DNA of 64,000 bases, from the NCBI GenBank assembly GCA_016938275.1, contig JAFGUZ010000169.1, forward strand, positions 1,734 to 65,733. Direction: 5' to 3'. This stretch comes from Candidatus Delongbacteria bacterium (GTDB lineage: Bacteria > UBA4055). This document shows positions 1-9,036 of the stretch, one piece after another (positions within the stretch are counted from its first letter, which is position 1; the number at the start of each line of letters is the position of its first letter). The translations under genes were made by a program, and so were the position numbers. The notes beneath the pieces are model-generated. The model did no database searches, had not been told where the DNA came from, and saw only the letters and a program-made list of their open reading frames with translations.

Positions 1-764
1 GTATCAGTACCTATAGTTCCAGTTCCTGATCCTCCGTTCACTGAAGTTACTTTGAAAGAATATTCTCCTTCAGAACCGGTAAAAAATTCCCCATATGAAC
101 TCATTTCAGCAGTTCCAATATTGTCTTCTGAAGTTCTTACATCTGAAATTGCGACATCCCTAAAACTGTTTTTTAGTACAGCAGTACCACCTAGCTCAAT
201 TTGTGAATCTAGTCCAGACTCTTTCGAAGTTAAAATAAGTCTATAATTTTCACCATCATTCATTATCGATGCTACAATGTCACTATCTGTATTATTATTG
301 ATCAATTTTTTAAGATCAGAAAGATTTGTAGAAGTTGTCACATTCAGTGTTATGGTTTCTTCGCTGCTTCCAGTGATAGTAAATGTACCAGCTGAATCAA
401 ATATAGGATCAGAAGTAGTTTCATATCCCTCTGAAATCAGCTTATGACCATTTGCTAATTGCTTGATTTCAACTGAATAAGTACCTGGTGTTGCACTTTC
501 TGAGGCTGTAACTCCCAGAAAATCACCGTCTGATGAAGATGCTTGTTTTACGCTCATCTCACCAAGAGTATCCATACTTTCCAGTGTTGTCTTTAAAGCC
601 GCTAGTTGAGTGTTAATTTGGGACCAGGCTGATTTTTTTGATTCATACTCTTTGACACGCTCTTGCTTTTTATAAAGCGGCTGTTTCTCAATCTCCATTA
701 ATTGATCGACAGTATCTTTCCACTGTATACCGGAACTTAAACCTGTTATTTGCGTGTCAGCCAT
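1..764 (-). CDS. fliD: Flagellar filament cap protein FliD (hook-associated protein 2), N-terminal part; gene runs off the window start
   Basis: Reverse-strand translation from ATG at 764 gives MADTQITGLSSGIQWKDTVDQLMEIEKQPLYKKQERVKEYESKKSAWSQINTQLAALKTTL, the typical FliD N-terminus. GGAG RBS sits upstream. The gene lies directly downstream of flagellin on the same strand. It is absent from the ORF track because no stop falls inside the window. Confidence 0.75.
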   Translation of the reverse strand, partial: MADTQITGLSSGIQWKDTVDQLMEIEKQPLYKKQERVKEYESKKSAWSQINTQLAALKTTLESMDTLGEMSVKQASSSDGDFLGVTASESATPGTYSVEIKQLANGHKLISEGYETTSDPIFDSAGTFTITGSSEETITLNVTTSTNLSDLKKLINNNTDSDIVASIMNDGENYRLILTSKESGLDSQIELGGTAVLKNSFRDVAISDVRTSEDNIGTAEMSSYGEFFTGSEGEYSFKVTSVNGGSGTGTIGTD

Positions 765-821
765 AATAATCTCCAGTTTAGGTAATTATCGGCAATAAAT
801 ACCTAATACTTAAATCAGCCA

Positions 822-1709
822 TTATCCGATAAGCTGTGCAACCATCTGAGGTATCTGATTTGCCTGTGTTAACATACTGATACCAGAATTGAATAGAATT
901 TGAGCTCTGGTAAAGTTTGCCATTTCTAGGGCAATATCTGCATCTCTTATCTGAGTTTCAGATGATTGAGCATTTTCTTTAGAAACTTGTAACTCAGTAA
1001 TTGTACTTTGAAGTCTGTTTACTAAAGCTCCGATAAATGTTCTTGTAGTATCTTTAGACTCAATGGCACCATCAATCATATCAATAGCTGATTGGGCTGC
1101 TGCTGTATCAAGAATATCTGTATCGGCAATACCCAGATCTTCTGCTCTAGCACCAGCAAGATTAACATAGTAATAATCATTATTGACTTCGTTATTTGCT
1201 CCAATATGAAATTTTAGAGATCTTCCATTAGCTTTCGAAGAAGTCAGGTTTCCTAACTCACCACCCATTGTTTCACTAGCTGACAATGAACCATCAATAA
1301 GTGGAAAAGTGTTATAGTTTGTTACATTTGCGATTCTGGTGATTTCAGACTTTAATTGCTGAAATTCCACATCAAGAAACTCTCTGTCACTTTCAGTTAA
1401 TGCTCCGTTTGAAGCTTGTACAGCAAGTGATCTCATCCTGATTAGCTTTTCATCTATTACAGATAAAGCTCCTTCCGCCGTTGCAAGCAGATTGATGTTG
1501 TAATTCGCATTTCTTTCAGCTTCCACCATACCGGAAATTTGTGCTCTAAATCTTTCTGAAACAGCTAAACCAGCCGGATCATCCCAAGAACTATTGATTC
1601 TTAGTCCGGAAGAAAGTTTATTTACTGCTGAATCTAAAGAATTCTGAGACTGTCCGATATATCTTTGGGCAGACATCGACAGGATGTTGTGATTTATCCT
1701 GGTACTCAT
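822..1709 (-). CDS. fliC: Flagellin
   Basis: Conserved flagellin N-terminus (RINHN...LSSGLRINSSWDDPAGLAVSERFRAQISG) and C-terminus (ALEMANFTRAQILFNSGISMLTQANQIPQMVAQLIG) flank a short variable centre; 295 aa. Confidence 0.9.
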   Translation of the reverse strand: MSTRINHNILSMSAQRYIGQSQNSLDSAVNKLSSGLRINSSWDDPAGLAVSERFRAQISGMVEAERNANYNINLLATAEGALSVIDEKLIRMRSLAVQASNGALTESDREFLDVEFQQLKSEITRIANVTNYNTFPLIDGSLSASETMGGELGNLTSSKANGRSLKFHIGANNEVNNDYYYVNLAGARAEDLGIADTDILDTAAAQSAIDMIDGAIESKDTTRTFIGALVNRLQSTITELQVSKENAQSSETQIRDADIALEMANFTRAQILFNSGISMLTQANQIPQMVAQLIG

Positions 1710-1765
1710 AATTCCTCCTGATGCATCTATTTTAATTTTTCGTCATCACATTTCATTCGCTATTT

Positions 1766-1782
1766 TGCAAATCATATGCCAA
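1766..1782 (-). promoter_or_regulatory. Sigma54 (-24/-12) type promoter upstream of flagellin
   Basis: Minus-strand sequence TTGGCATATGATTTGCA has GG and GC elements with the consensus 11-nt offset (TGGCAC-N5-TTGCW), about 45 nt upstream of the flagellin ATG. Confidence 0.4.
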
Positions 1783-1870
1783 GGAATAAATAGTTGTGTT
1801 TATAAATCTTTTCAGCTTTGAATAATAGTAAAGTGTCAAACTTGTTCATTGTTTTTGGTATTTTATGTAT

Positions 1871-1898
1871 TAAAGATTAGAGCTAATTCTTCCGATAA
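1871..1898 (+). promoter_or_regulatory. Sigma28 (FliA)-like promoter driving the small + strand ORF
   Basis: TAAAG-N15-TCCGATAA resembles the sigma28 consensus TAAA-N15-GCCGATAA, about 25 nt upstream of the ORF at 1923. Confidence 0.35.
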
Positions 1899-1922
1899 TT
1901 AATTAACAGACAGGAGGAAAAA

Positions 1923-2120
1923 ATGGAACCAACCATAAACACTTCTGATCTGGCAGTCAGGGCGGCTGAGCGTCAAATGAAGAGTGTAGCTGATTTATAT
2001 CCTGTTCCTTCAAAACAGGAGTTAAATTCGAAAGAGAATGAAGAATTAAAACAGGATGAAATCGAAAAGGAAACTAAGATTAAAAGATCAGAGGATCACC
2101 GATTTGATGAGTATGCTTAA
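1923..2120 (+). CDS. Small acidic hypothetical protein (65 aa) in the flagellar locus; function unknown
   Basis: ORF with a strong AGGAGG RBS and a sigma28-like promoter; no recognisable domain. Confidence 0.3.
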   Translation: MEPTINTSDLAVRAAERQMKSVADLYPVPSKQELNSKENEELKQDEIEKETKIKRSEDHRFDEYA

Positions 2121-2168
2121 CCTGTAATTAAAACTACTAGATTTGCCCTGATGGCGGATCGAATTGCA

Positions 2169-2204
2169 AAAACCGTCATTGTGAAAATGACGGTTTTTTG
2201 TTAT
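2169..2204 (+). terminator. Rho-independent terminator
   Basis: Hairpin ACCGTCATT-GTGAAA-ATGACGGT followed by TTTTTTG. Confidence 0.6.
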
Positions 2205-2227
2205 TTTCATGAAAAACTAAATGGTGA

Positions 2228-3808
2228 ATGATGAAGACATTGATTATCAACCTTACAAGGATGGGCGATATATTGCAAACAGTACCATTATTAAGGAATC
2301 TAAAAGATAGGGGAGATGAAGTTCATTATTTAGCAGTAGAAGGGTTCGATACAATTCTGAAAACTTTTTCTCTAGTTGACACTATTCATACTTTTTCTGT
2401 GGCAGATACGATATCAAATTTGATTGAGAACAAATTTGTTACCGTTTATAAAAAATTGTCTATTTTATTGGAAAGATTAAAAAATTTAAAATTTGATATC
2501 TGCATCAATCTAACACACACTGATGAATCTAGATATATAGCTGATTATTTGAATATTAAGGATACAAGAGGAATTGTTTCAAAAATGAGCGGAGATAGAT
2601 GTGTGAAGAATGATTGGGCTAATTATTTTTATGTCTCAAATCTCAACAGGAATTTTAATAGAATAAATATAATAGACCTATACAATATGATTGGAGATTT
2701 TTACAACACGAGGAAAATGATATCTTATATACCTGATAATGAATCCTTAATCAATGCTGAAAAGGTTACAAGAGGTGAAAAATATTTTTGTGTTCAACTT
2801 GGTGCATCAGTGGAAAGTAAAAGATGGAGCTCGGAAAATTTCATTCAAGTAGCAGAAAAAATTTATAATGAATTTAATATTATTCCTTGTTTTATAGGTA
2901 CAAAATCGGAGAAAGAGTTTTTTGATAAGATAAAAGATAAAATTACATTCAAATGCTATGATCTGTTTGGAAAAACAAGTGTAGATGAATTGGCTGGAGT
3001 TTTGAAAAAGTCAGAATTTTTACTTACAAATGATACAGGAACTATGCATATTGCAGCTGGGGTTGGGACAAGGATAATTGCTATATGTCTGGCAACAGCA
3101 TATGCTCATGAAACTTCGCCATATATTGAAGATTCTTATATTTTTGAAGCTGATATCTCATGTTCGCCATGTTCTCATCACGTCCAATGTACAAACCCTA
3201 TTTGTAAAGATATGATAAAAGCTGAATATGTATCAGATCTGATCTCAAAATTATTAGATAAAAAAGATATTGTTGTTGATTCTTTCAATAATGTCAATGT
3301 TTATAAAACTTATTTTGACGAATACAATAATCTTAGGTTGAAAAGATTAAACACAGGAAAAGAGGAAGACTCAATCAATAATATTTTTTATCACCTGTTT
3401 ATGAATACTTTTAAACATGATTCGTATGATGATATTTCACAGGAAAAATACATTGAAATTTTAAGGGTAAAATCAGATGGACAGATTGATAAGAGATATG
3501 AAGCTGATTTTCAGTATCTTTTGCAATGTTTTTATACAATAGAAAGACTTTATGAAGGATTCGAAGTTTCCTATAAAGAAAAGGACAGTAATAAAATTTC
3601 AGAAATAGCTGCAGAAATTGAAATCATAGTGAAGGATATTGTTAATTTTGGATTGGCTAAAGACTTTATAAGACCATTAACTTCAATATTTCAATTCGAT
3701 AAAGAAAATATGGATTTTACAACTTTTGAAGAGTTTATTAGTATGAATGTGAAAGTAAATAAAAAATTTATTTTTTGGCTTAAAATAATTATTGATTTAA
3801 TACATTAA
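2228..3808 (+). CDS. GT9-family glycosyltransferase (heptosyltransferase-like) with a roughly 200-aa C-terminal extension
   Basis: N-terminus MKTLIINLTRMGDILQTVPLLRNLK and the TNDTGTMHIAAGVGTRIIAI motif match ADP-heptose:LPS heptosyltransferase (GT9) signatures. A CSPCSHHVQCTNPIC Cys cluster is also present. Confidence 0.65.
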   Translation: MMKTLIINLTRMGDILQTVPLLRNLKDRGDEVHYLAVEGFDTILKTFSLVDTIHTFSVADTISNLIENKFVTVYKKLSILLERLKNLKFDICINLTHTDESRYIADYLNIKDTRGIVSKMSGDRCVKNDWANYFYVSNLNRNFNRINIIDLYNMIGDFYNTRKMISYIPDNESLINAEKVTRGEKYFCVQLGASVESKRWSSENFIQVAEKIYNEFNIIPCFIGTKSEKEFFDKIKDKITFKCYDLFGKTSVDELAGVLKKSEFLLTNDTGTMHIAAGVGTRIIAICLATAYAHETSPYIEDSYIFEADISCSPCSHHVQCTNPICKDMIKAEYVSDLISKLLDKKDIVVDSFNNVNVYKTYFDEYNNLRLKRLNTGKEEDSINNIFYHLFMNTFKHDSYDDISQEKYIEILRVKSDGQIDKRYEADFQYLLQCFYTIERLYEGFEVSYKEKDSNKISEIAAEIEIIVKDIVNFGLAKDFIRPLTSIFQFDKENMDFTTFEEFISMNVKVNKKFIFWLKIIIDLIH

Positions 3809-3842
3809 ATCTTATTTTATTGGATTAAAATTGGAGAATTAA

Positions 3843-4487
3843 TTGGCAAAGAGAAGAGGGACTGGAAAGAAGGGTTCTACAAGAAAACCTAAAAAGAAGA
3901 AAAGTAACATAAACCTGCTGTTTGTTTTTATAATTATTGTCCTTATAGCAATTATTTTGTTTCTTTTTTACAGTACTAGAATAACAGATATTGAACAACC
4001 TAAACCCAAAGTAATAACTAAAGAGCGTACAATACAAAAAGATAATGGAGCAGTTAATCGTCTGGAGATTTTTTATCAAAGTATAAGCCAGTATTCGAGA
4101 AAATTCCATACTCTTTCATTTGGAATGGGTAAAGACCCCATTAAGGATAATAAAACAGATAATTCTCATCTTATATTCAGAATTTTAGAACAATCTGCAA
4201 AAAAAGCAGGTTATAATTATCCGACATATCTCACCGTGGATCAACTCTTAGAAAGATCGACTGAAGTAAATATTTCAGAAGTAAGAAATGGAGACCTGAT
4301 AAAAACAAAAGACAATTCAATAGCTTTGGTTTTTGATCTGGAGCAGAAAGATGGATTTAGCGTGGTTTATGCTTCTGAAAAAAATAATGGTGTTGTCATC
4401 GTTGAAAGTAGAGATCTAAGGAAGTATTGGTTAAACCCAGACTACTTTACAGGTTTTTATAGAATTAGTGAAGAATTGTTTAGATGA
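3843..4487 (+). CDS. Single-pass membrane protein with a basic N-terminal tail; function unknown
   Basis: KRRGTGKKGSTRKPKKKK is followed by the hydrophobic helix LLFVFIIIVLIAIILFLFY. Its stop overlaps the start of the next gene. Confidence 0.4.
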   Translation: MAKRRGTGKKGSTRKPKKKKSNINLLFVFIIIVLIAIILFLFYSTRITDIEQPKPKVITKERTIQKDNGAVNRLEIFYQSISQYSRKFHTLSFGMGKDPIKDNKTDNSHLIFRILEQSAKKAGYNYPTYLTVDQLLERSTEVNISEVRNGDLIKTKDNSIALVFDLEQKDGFSVVYASEKNNGVVIVESRDLRKYWLNPDYFTGFYRISEELFR

Positions 4488-5599
4488 TGAAGATTTTATT
4501 CATAGGTTTAGATCCCATTAAGTTTGATGCTAGAGCTATGAGAAGTTGTATTTCAGCATCCCAGAATGGTTGTGATGTTAATTTTATTGGCTGTTCGTCT
4601 TACAAAGATAGATCGGAAGATTCTAGATTCAATATCCATGAGATACATTTTATAAACTCCTTCCCATTGAGCATGAAAATGATAATATTTTGGGTTTATA
4701 CCTTTTATCTAGGATTTAAGTTGTTAGTAAATAAAAATAAGTTTGATTTGATAGTCTCCTTGGATATCTATCCTCTTTTGCCGTCATACCTATTAAAAAT
4801 AATCTATAGATCTAAATTTGTTTATGATATACATGAATATTGGCGAGGTCATACATCATTCAAAAAAGGTAGTTTGAAATATTATATATGGACTTCGTAT
4901 GAAAATTTTTTTATTAGTAAAACTGATTACAATATTACAGTTGGTAATTTTCTTTCGGAAAAATTAGCTAATGATTATAAAGTTGTTAAACCAAGAGTCC
5001 TTCCAAATATACCTATGTCTAAACCTGAGTTAAGAAATGATTATTTAAGAGAAAAATTTAAACTTGATTCTAATACTTTTATTTATATTTATCAGGGAAC
5101 TATTTATAAAGGTGAGTCATACAGAAAAATTATAGATACGATAAATAAAATCGATAATTGTGCTCTTGTTTTCATAACTCATAAACCGGACAGAGTTGAG
5201 GAGTTAAAGCAGTATGCTAAACATAACAATATTGATAATGTCTACTTTCACGAAGGAGTAGTAAGCGAAAAACTTTTAAAAATAACAGCTTCAGCAAACT
5301 GTGGCTTAACTATTCTAGACAATCTTGGAGATACTTTCTATTATAGTGTACCAAATAAAATGTATGAGTTTATTTTAGCTGGAATACCACAAATATCTTC
5401 TAATTTCCCTGAGATGATTGAAATAGTAGAAAAAAATGAAATTGGAATAACCCTAAATCCAGATATGCCAGTTTATCTTGATAGTTTCAATAGAATTAGA
5501 AATGATATCAATTTTTACAAAAAGCTCGTTTCAAACGTAAAAAACATCCAAAATGATTTTTCATGGGAAAGAATATTTGTTGAAGTTTATGAGCTTTAA
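4484..5599 (+). CDS. Glycosyltransferase, GT4-like (GT-B fold)
   Basis: Rossmann-like N-terminus MKILFIGLDP, and a C-terminal EFILAGIPQISSNFPEMIEIVEKNEIGITL resembling the GT4 E-x7-E region. It overlaps the upstream gene by 4 nt. Confidence 0.5.
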   Translation: MMKILFIGLDPIKFDARAMRSCISASQNGCDVNFIGCSSYKDRSEDSRFNIHEIHFINSFPLSMKMIIFWVYTFYLGFKLLVNKNKFDLIVSLDIYPLLPSYLLKIIYRSKFVYDIHEYWRGHTSFKKGSLKYYIWTSYENFFISKTDYNITVGNFLSEKLANDYKVVKPRVLPNIPMSKPELRNDYLREKFKLDSNTFIYIYQGTIYKGESYRKIIDTINKIDNCALVFITHKPDRVEELKQYAKHNNIDNVYFHEGVVSEKLLKITASANCGLTILDNLGDTFYYSVPNKMYEFILAGIPQISSNFPEMIEIVEKNEIGITLNPDMPVYLDSFNRIRNDINFYKKLVSNVKNIQNDFSWERIFVEVYEL

Positions 5600-5875
5600 A
5601 TTTTCATAGTTTATTTTTTTAATTTTAGAACCATTTTATCTTTTTAAAATGTTAATCATTATTGTACTCATTATTGGATGAGAAATTTTATAAGATAAAC
5701 TTCATAATCAATTGGAATCATAAATTCGACAATATTTACATTTTATATTTACGAATAATATCTCCATTTTCTGATTCTGAAATCTCACTGTAGACACCCA
5801 GTCAATTTCCCGTCAAGATTGAATCTCCTAAATCTAAAATTAATTTATATGTATCAACCAAAGCAAAGTTGTCAC

Positions 5876-7351
5876 TCATTTCATTAAAATCATCTTCTTA
5901 AACTCAACATTTGACTCTGATTTTAAGCAACAAAAATATACTCCGCTAGAAATATCCTTGTTGAGCCAAGTAAAAGTATGAGAACCTTTTGTAGCTATAC
6001 CAGAATAGATGATATCAATTTCGCTTCCTGAATCATTAAAAACTGATAGTCTGACCATTTCTGTTCTTTCCAGTTCAAATCTTAGATTTGTCTCAGGATT
6101 AAACGGATTCGGATAATTTTGTTTTAATTTATTAGTATTTGGAAGGTTTTCATATATCTTAACAGGATTATCTTCATATTTCACCAGCCAAAAATCATAT
6201 GCTCCATTACCAAAACTATTAGTAAATCCTGTGATGATAAATTGATTATCTGTGATGTGTTTTATTGATCTGAAACTATCGCTACCTTCACCTCCTAGAG
6301 TGACATTGTATACTTCATTACCTTCAAGATCGTATTTAAGAACATATCCATCAGTTGTGCAATTTAATGGATGGTTATAACTTCCAGCAACTAAAATTCC
6401 ATCTTCAGTGGCTTCACATACAGTATAACCATAATCGTAAAAACTACCTATTTCTTTATTTCTTTTCCATATGAGATTCAAATCTGTATCAATTTTAATT
6501 ACGCCAATATCCATAGGATCCACACCTTCTTTTGAAGTAGAACCACTTATGCATAAATTACCATCAGATAATGAACAAATGGAATAACCAGTATCATAGT
6601 CTATCTGACCACTTCCCATAACCCAGTAAGCATTTTCAGAAACAAGATTACCATTCAGATCTGTTTTAAAAACTGCTACTTCTTTATTGTTTCCAGATGA
6701 ATTTCCTGGTGTATCAAACTTTGCAGTAGACCCTGTTGAATAATAGAACCCATTAAATTCAGTAGTACAATATCCTAGATCAGAACTTGGACTTCCAAAA
6801 GTTTTAGTCCATAATGTATCTCCATATGTGTCGAATTTTAACAACCATAGATCGCCCTCTCCTTGACCAAATGATTCTGTGGTTCCAGTAACTAGATAAT
6901 TATTATCACTGGTTTTGATAATTTTTTCTGCGAAATCGTTTTTCTCGCCACCAAATTGATAAAGCCAATCATAATTTCCTTCATGATCAAAATGAGCAAT
7001 AAAAAGATTAAATGAACTTCCTAAGCTTCTATCAATAATTCTGCCAGATATTGTAAAACCTTCATTTGAGATATCATTAACTACTGAGTTTCCGAATATC
7101 CACCCATCGATTTCATGTTTTTTTAGCCATAACTGATTACCATCTTCATCAGTTTTGATTAAGCTTAAATCTGTCTTTAAGTCATTAGGGTTATAGCTAT
7201 AACCAATCATCAAGAAATTGTTATCATCAGTAATAACGATATCTCTTGCTCCATCTGATAATTCAGTACCAAATGTTTTACTCCATATAAAGTTATCAGC
7301 TACGGCAAAATATTTAACAAGTAAAATTAAAAATATTATAGACTTCAGCAT
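5876..7351 (-). CDS. Secreted beta-propeller-like repeat protein with a T9SS C-terminal sorting domain
   Basis: Signal peptide, repeated D/G/Y/S-rich blades, and a C-terminal LKQNYPNPFNPETNLRFEL...SGVYFCCLKSE...KKMILMK (Por_Secre_tail-like). Confidence 0.7.
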   Translation of the reverse strand: MLKSIIFLILLVKYFAVADNFIWSKTFGTELSDGARDIVITDDNNFLMIGYSYNPNDLKTDLSLIKTDEDGNQLWLKKHEIDGWIFGNSVVNDISNEGFTISGRIIDRSLGSSFNLFIAHFDHEGNYDWLYQFGGEKNDFAEKIIKTSDNNYLVTGTTESFGQGEGDLWLLKFDTYGDTLWTKTFGSPSSDLGYCTTEFNGFYYSTGSTAKFDTPGNSSGNNKEVAVFKTDLNGNLVSENAYWVMGSGQIDYDTGYSICSLSDGNLCISGSTSKEGVDPMDIGVIKIDTDLNLIWKRNKEIGSFYDYGYTVCEATEDGILVAGSYNHPLNCTTDGYVLKYDLEGNEVYNVTLGGEGSDSFRSIKHITDNQFIITGFTNSFGNGAYDFWLVKYEDNPVKIYENLPNTNKLKQNYPNPFNPETNLRFELERTEMVRLSVFNDSGSEIDIIYSGIATKGSHTFTWLNKDISSGVYFCCLKSESNVEFKKMILMK

Positions 7352-7353
7352 AA

Positions 7354-8025
7354 TTACTTTCCTTTCCTTAAGTTTCGACTATTTTCAAGTGCATTTACTA
7401 AAGCATTGAAAATTTGCTCGTTGTAGAATTGACCTCTAGTAGAAGTAACAATATTTCCATCGACAACTGGTAAAATATTTTGTCCATCATAGATACCACC
7501 AGCAGCCAAAACCTCATTTAGAAATATATTTCCATTTCCAGCTTTGCCTGTTACGTGCTTTCCATTGATTACATCTGCTGCTGCAAGTACTCTCATTCCT
7601 GCACATGTTGCTGAAACTACTAAACCAGCTTCATTTGCATTGTGAATAAGTTCAAGACATTCTGGTGAATTTTTAAGATCCATATAGGCTGTACTTCCTA
7701 CCACTAACCAACTACTTGAAGCAACTACAACACAATCATAAACCGTAACATCTGTTATATCTGAGATCTTTATATCTACAGGATAAGAGTTGCTCCCCTG
7801 ACTTGAACTGTAGTTACATGGCTGAACGGTACTATCTACAGCTGTTAAAGTTACTTCCCATCCATAACTATCCATCATCTCACGTATAAGATGAGTGTTT
7901 AATCCAAAATACTTCGGAAGAATTACCAAAGCTTTAACATTCTCTGCCACTATTGTTGAAACAAACAACAGAGTTAATACTACTACACTTACTTTCATAA
8001 GCACTCCTTTCAATCTTTTAAACAA
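7354..8025 (-). CDS. DJ-1/PfpI family protein (class I glutamine amidotransferase-like), secreted
   Basis: ATCAGMRVLAAADVINGKHVTG nucleophile-elbow region with a catalytic Cys; N-terminal signal peptide; 2-nt gap to the downstream T9SS cargo gene. Confidence 0.7.
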   Translation of the reverse strand: MFKRLKGVLMKVSVVVLTLLFVSTIVAENVKALVILPKYFGLNTHLIREMMDSYGWEVTLTAVDSTVQPCNYSSSQGSNSYPVDIKISDITDVTVYDCVVVASSSWLVVGSTAYMDLKNSPECLELIHNANEAGLVVSATCAGMRVLAAADVINGKHVTGKAGNGNIFLNEVLAAGGIYDGQNILPVVDGNIVTSTRGQFYNEQIFNALVNALENSRNLRKGK

Positions 8026-8138
8026 AATCTAAAAAGACTGACACAGTGTACGTCAATAACAATTTTTTTTCTGAGACTTGACAAACACGGTGTCAGAGAT
8101 GTTATAATTTTCTATATTACTATTTAAGGATTGGAGAT

Positions 8139-9035
8139 TTGATGAAAAAAATTGTAGTGTCGACTTTTGTTGGGAATAAACAAGACCTAAATGATACATT
8201 ATTGATGGCTGAAAGTGTGAAGAGATTTTCTATAAATGAAGATATTCTAATACTTGTTTATTACGCGAGTTGTTTACAGGTAGATAAGCATCTGGAACAG
8301 GTATTTGAAAATTTAAATATTCAAGCGGAAAGTCTAAAACTTGACCAAAAAATCTTAGATTTTCCTTATGCTGCGAAAGTTTTTGCGTCCTCTTCTGCAG
8401 AAAAAATTGCTCTTGCAAATGATATGGATTTAATCTGGATTGATCCTGATAATATATTTCTAAAATCACTTAAATTGATAAAAATCCCTGAAAGCAAGAA
8501 GATAGGATTAAGACCAGTATACTTACTAAATATTGGATCGAAGATAAATGAAGAGCCGAATGATTTCTGGAAATTTATTTATAGAGATTGCAGAACAGAT
8601 ATTTCAAAGATTTTTCCAGTTGAAACGATAGTAGATAAAAAAATAGTTAGAAATTACTTCAATGTAGGTTTTATGTACATTAAACCTAAGTATGGAATTT
8701 TAAATAAGTGGGCTTCAAACTTTAGAAAAGTATTGTATAATGAAAATTATACACGTTTTTATTCTGATAATCTCTATAAAGTTTTTGTTCATCAGGCTGT
8801 TTTTTCAGCAACTTTATCCGAGCTTTACGATAAAAATGATATTGAAATTTTTGATAAAAGCTTTAGTTTCTCTCTCTATTTTCATGGTAAAAATCCAAAT
8901 ACAACAAATGAATTCTCTGAAGTATTTAACTTAAGACATGAATGGTTTTGGAATATTCATAACTGGGAAAAAATACTACCATTTAGTCCTGAGATAAATA
9001 CTTGGATAATCGATAAAAGAAAATTATGGAGTTAA
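8139..9035 (+). CDS. Hypothetical protein, possibly a DxD-type nucleotide-sugar transferase-like fold
   Basis: LIWIDPDNIF motif; no confident family assignment; translationally coupled to the next gene. Confidence 0.35.
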   Translation: MMKKIVVSTFVGNKQDLNDTLLMAESVKRFSINEDILILVYYASCLQVDKHLEQVFENLNIQAESLKLDQKILDFPYAAKVFASSSAEKIALANDMDLIWIDPDNIFLKSLKLIKIPESKKIGLRPVYLLNIGSKINEEPNDFWKFIYRDCRTDISKIFPVETIVDKKIVRNYFNVGFMYIKPKYGILNKWASNFRKVLYNENYTRFYSDNLYKVFVHQAVFSATLSELYDKNDIEIFDKSFSFSLYFHGKNPNTTNEFSEVFNLRHEWFWNIHNWEKILPFSPEINTWIIDKRKLWS

Positions 9036-9036
9036 T

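Noticed and set aside
8139-9035. Assigning the 298-aa protein to glycosyltransferase family 8
   Set aside because: Only a DxD-like LIWIDPDNIF motif is visible; that is insufficient for a family assignment.
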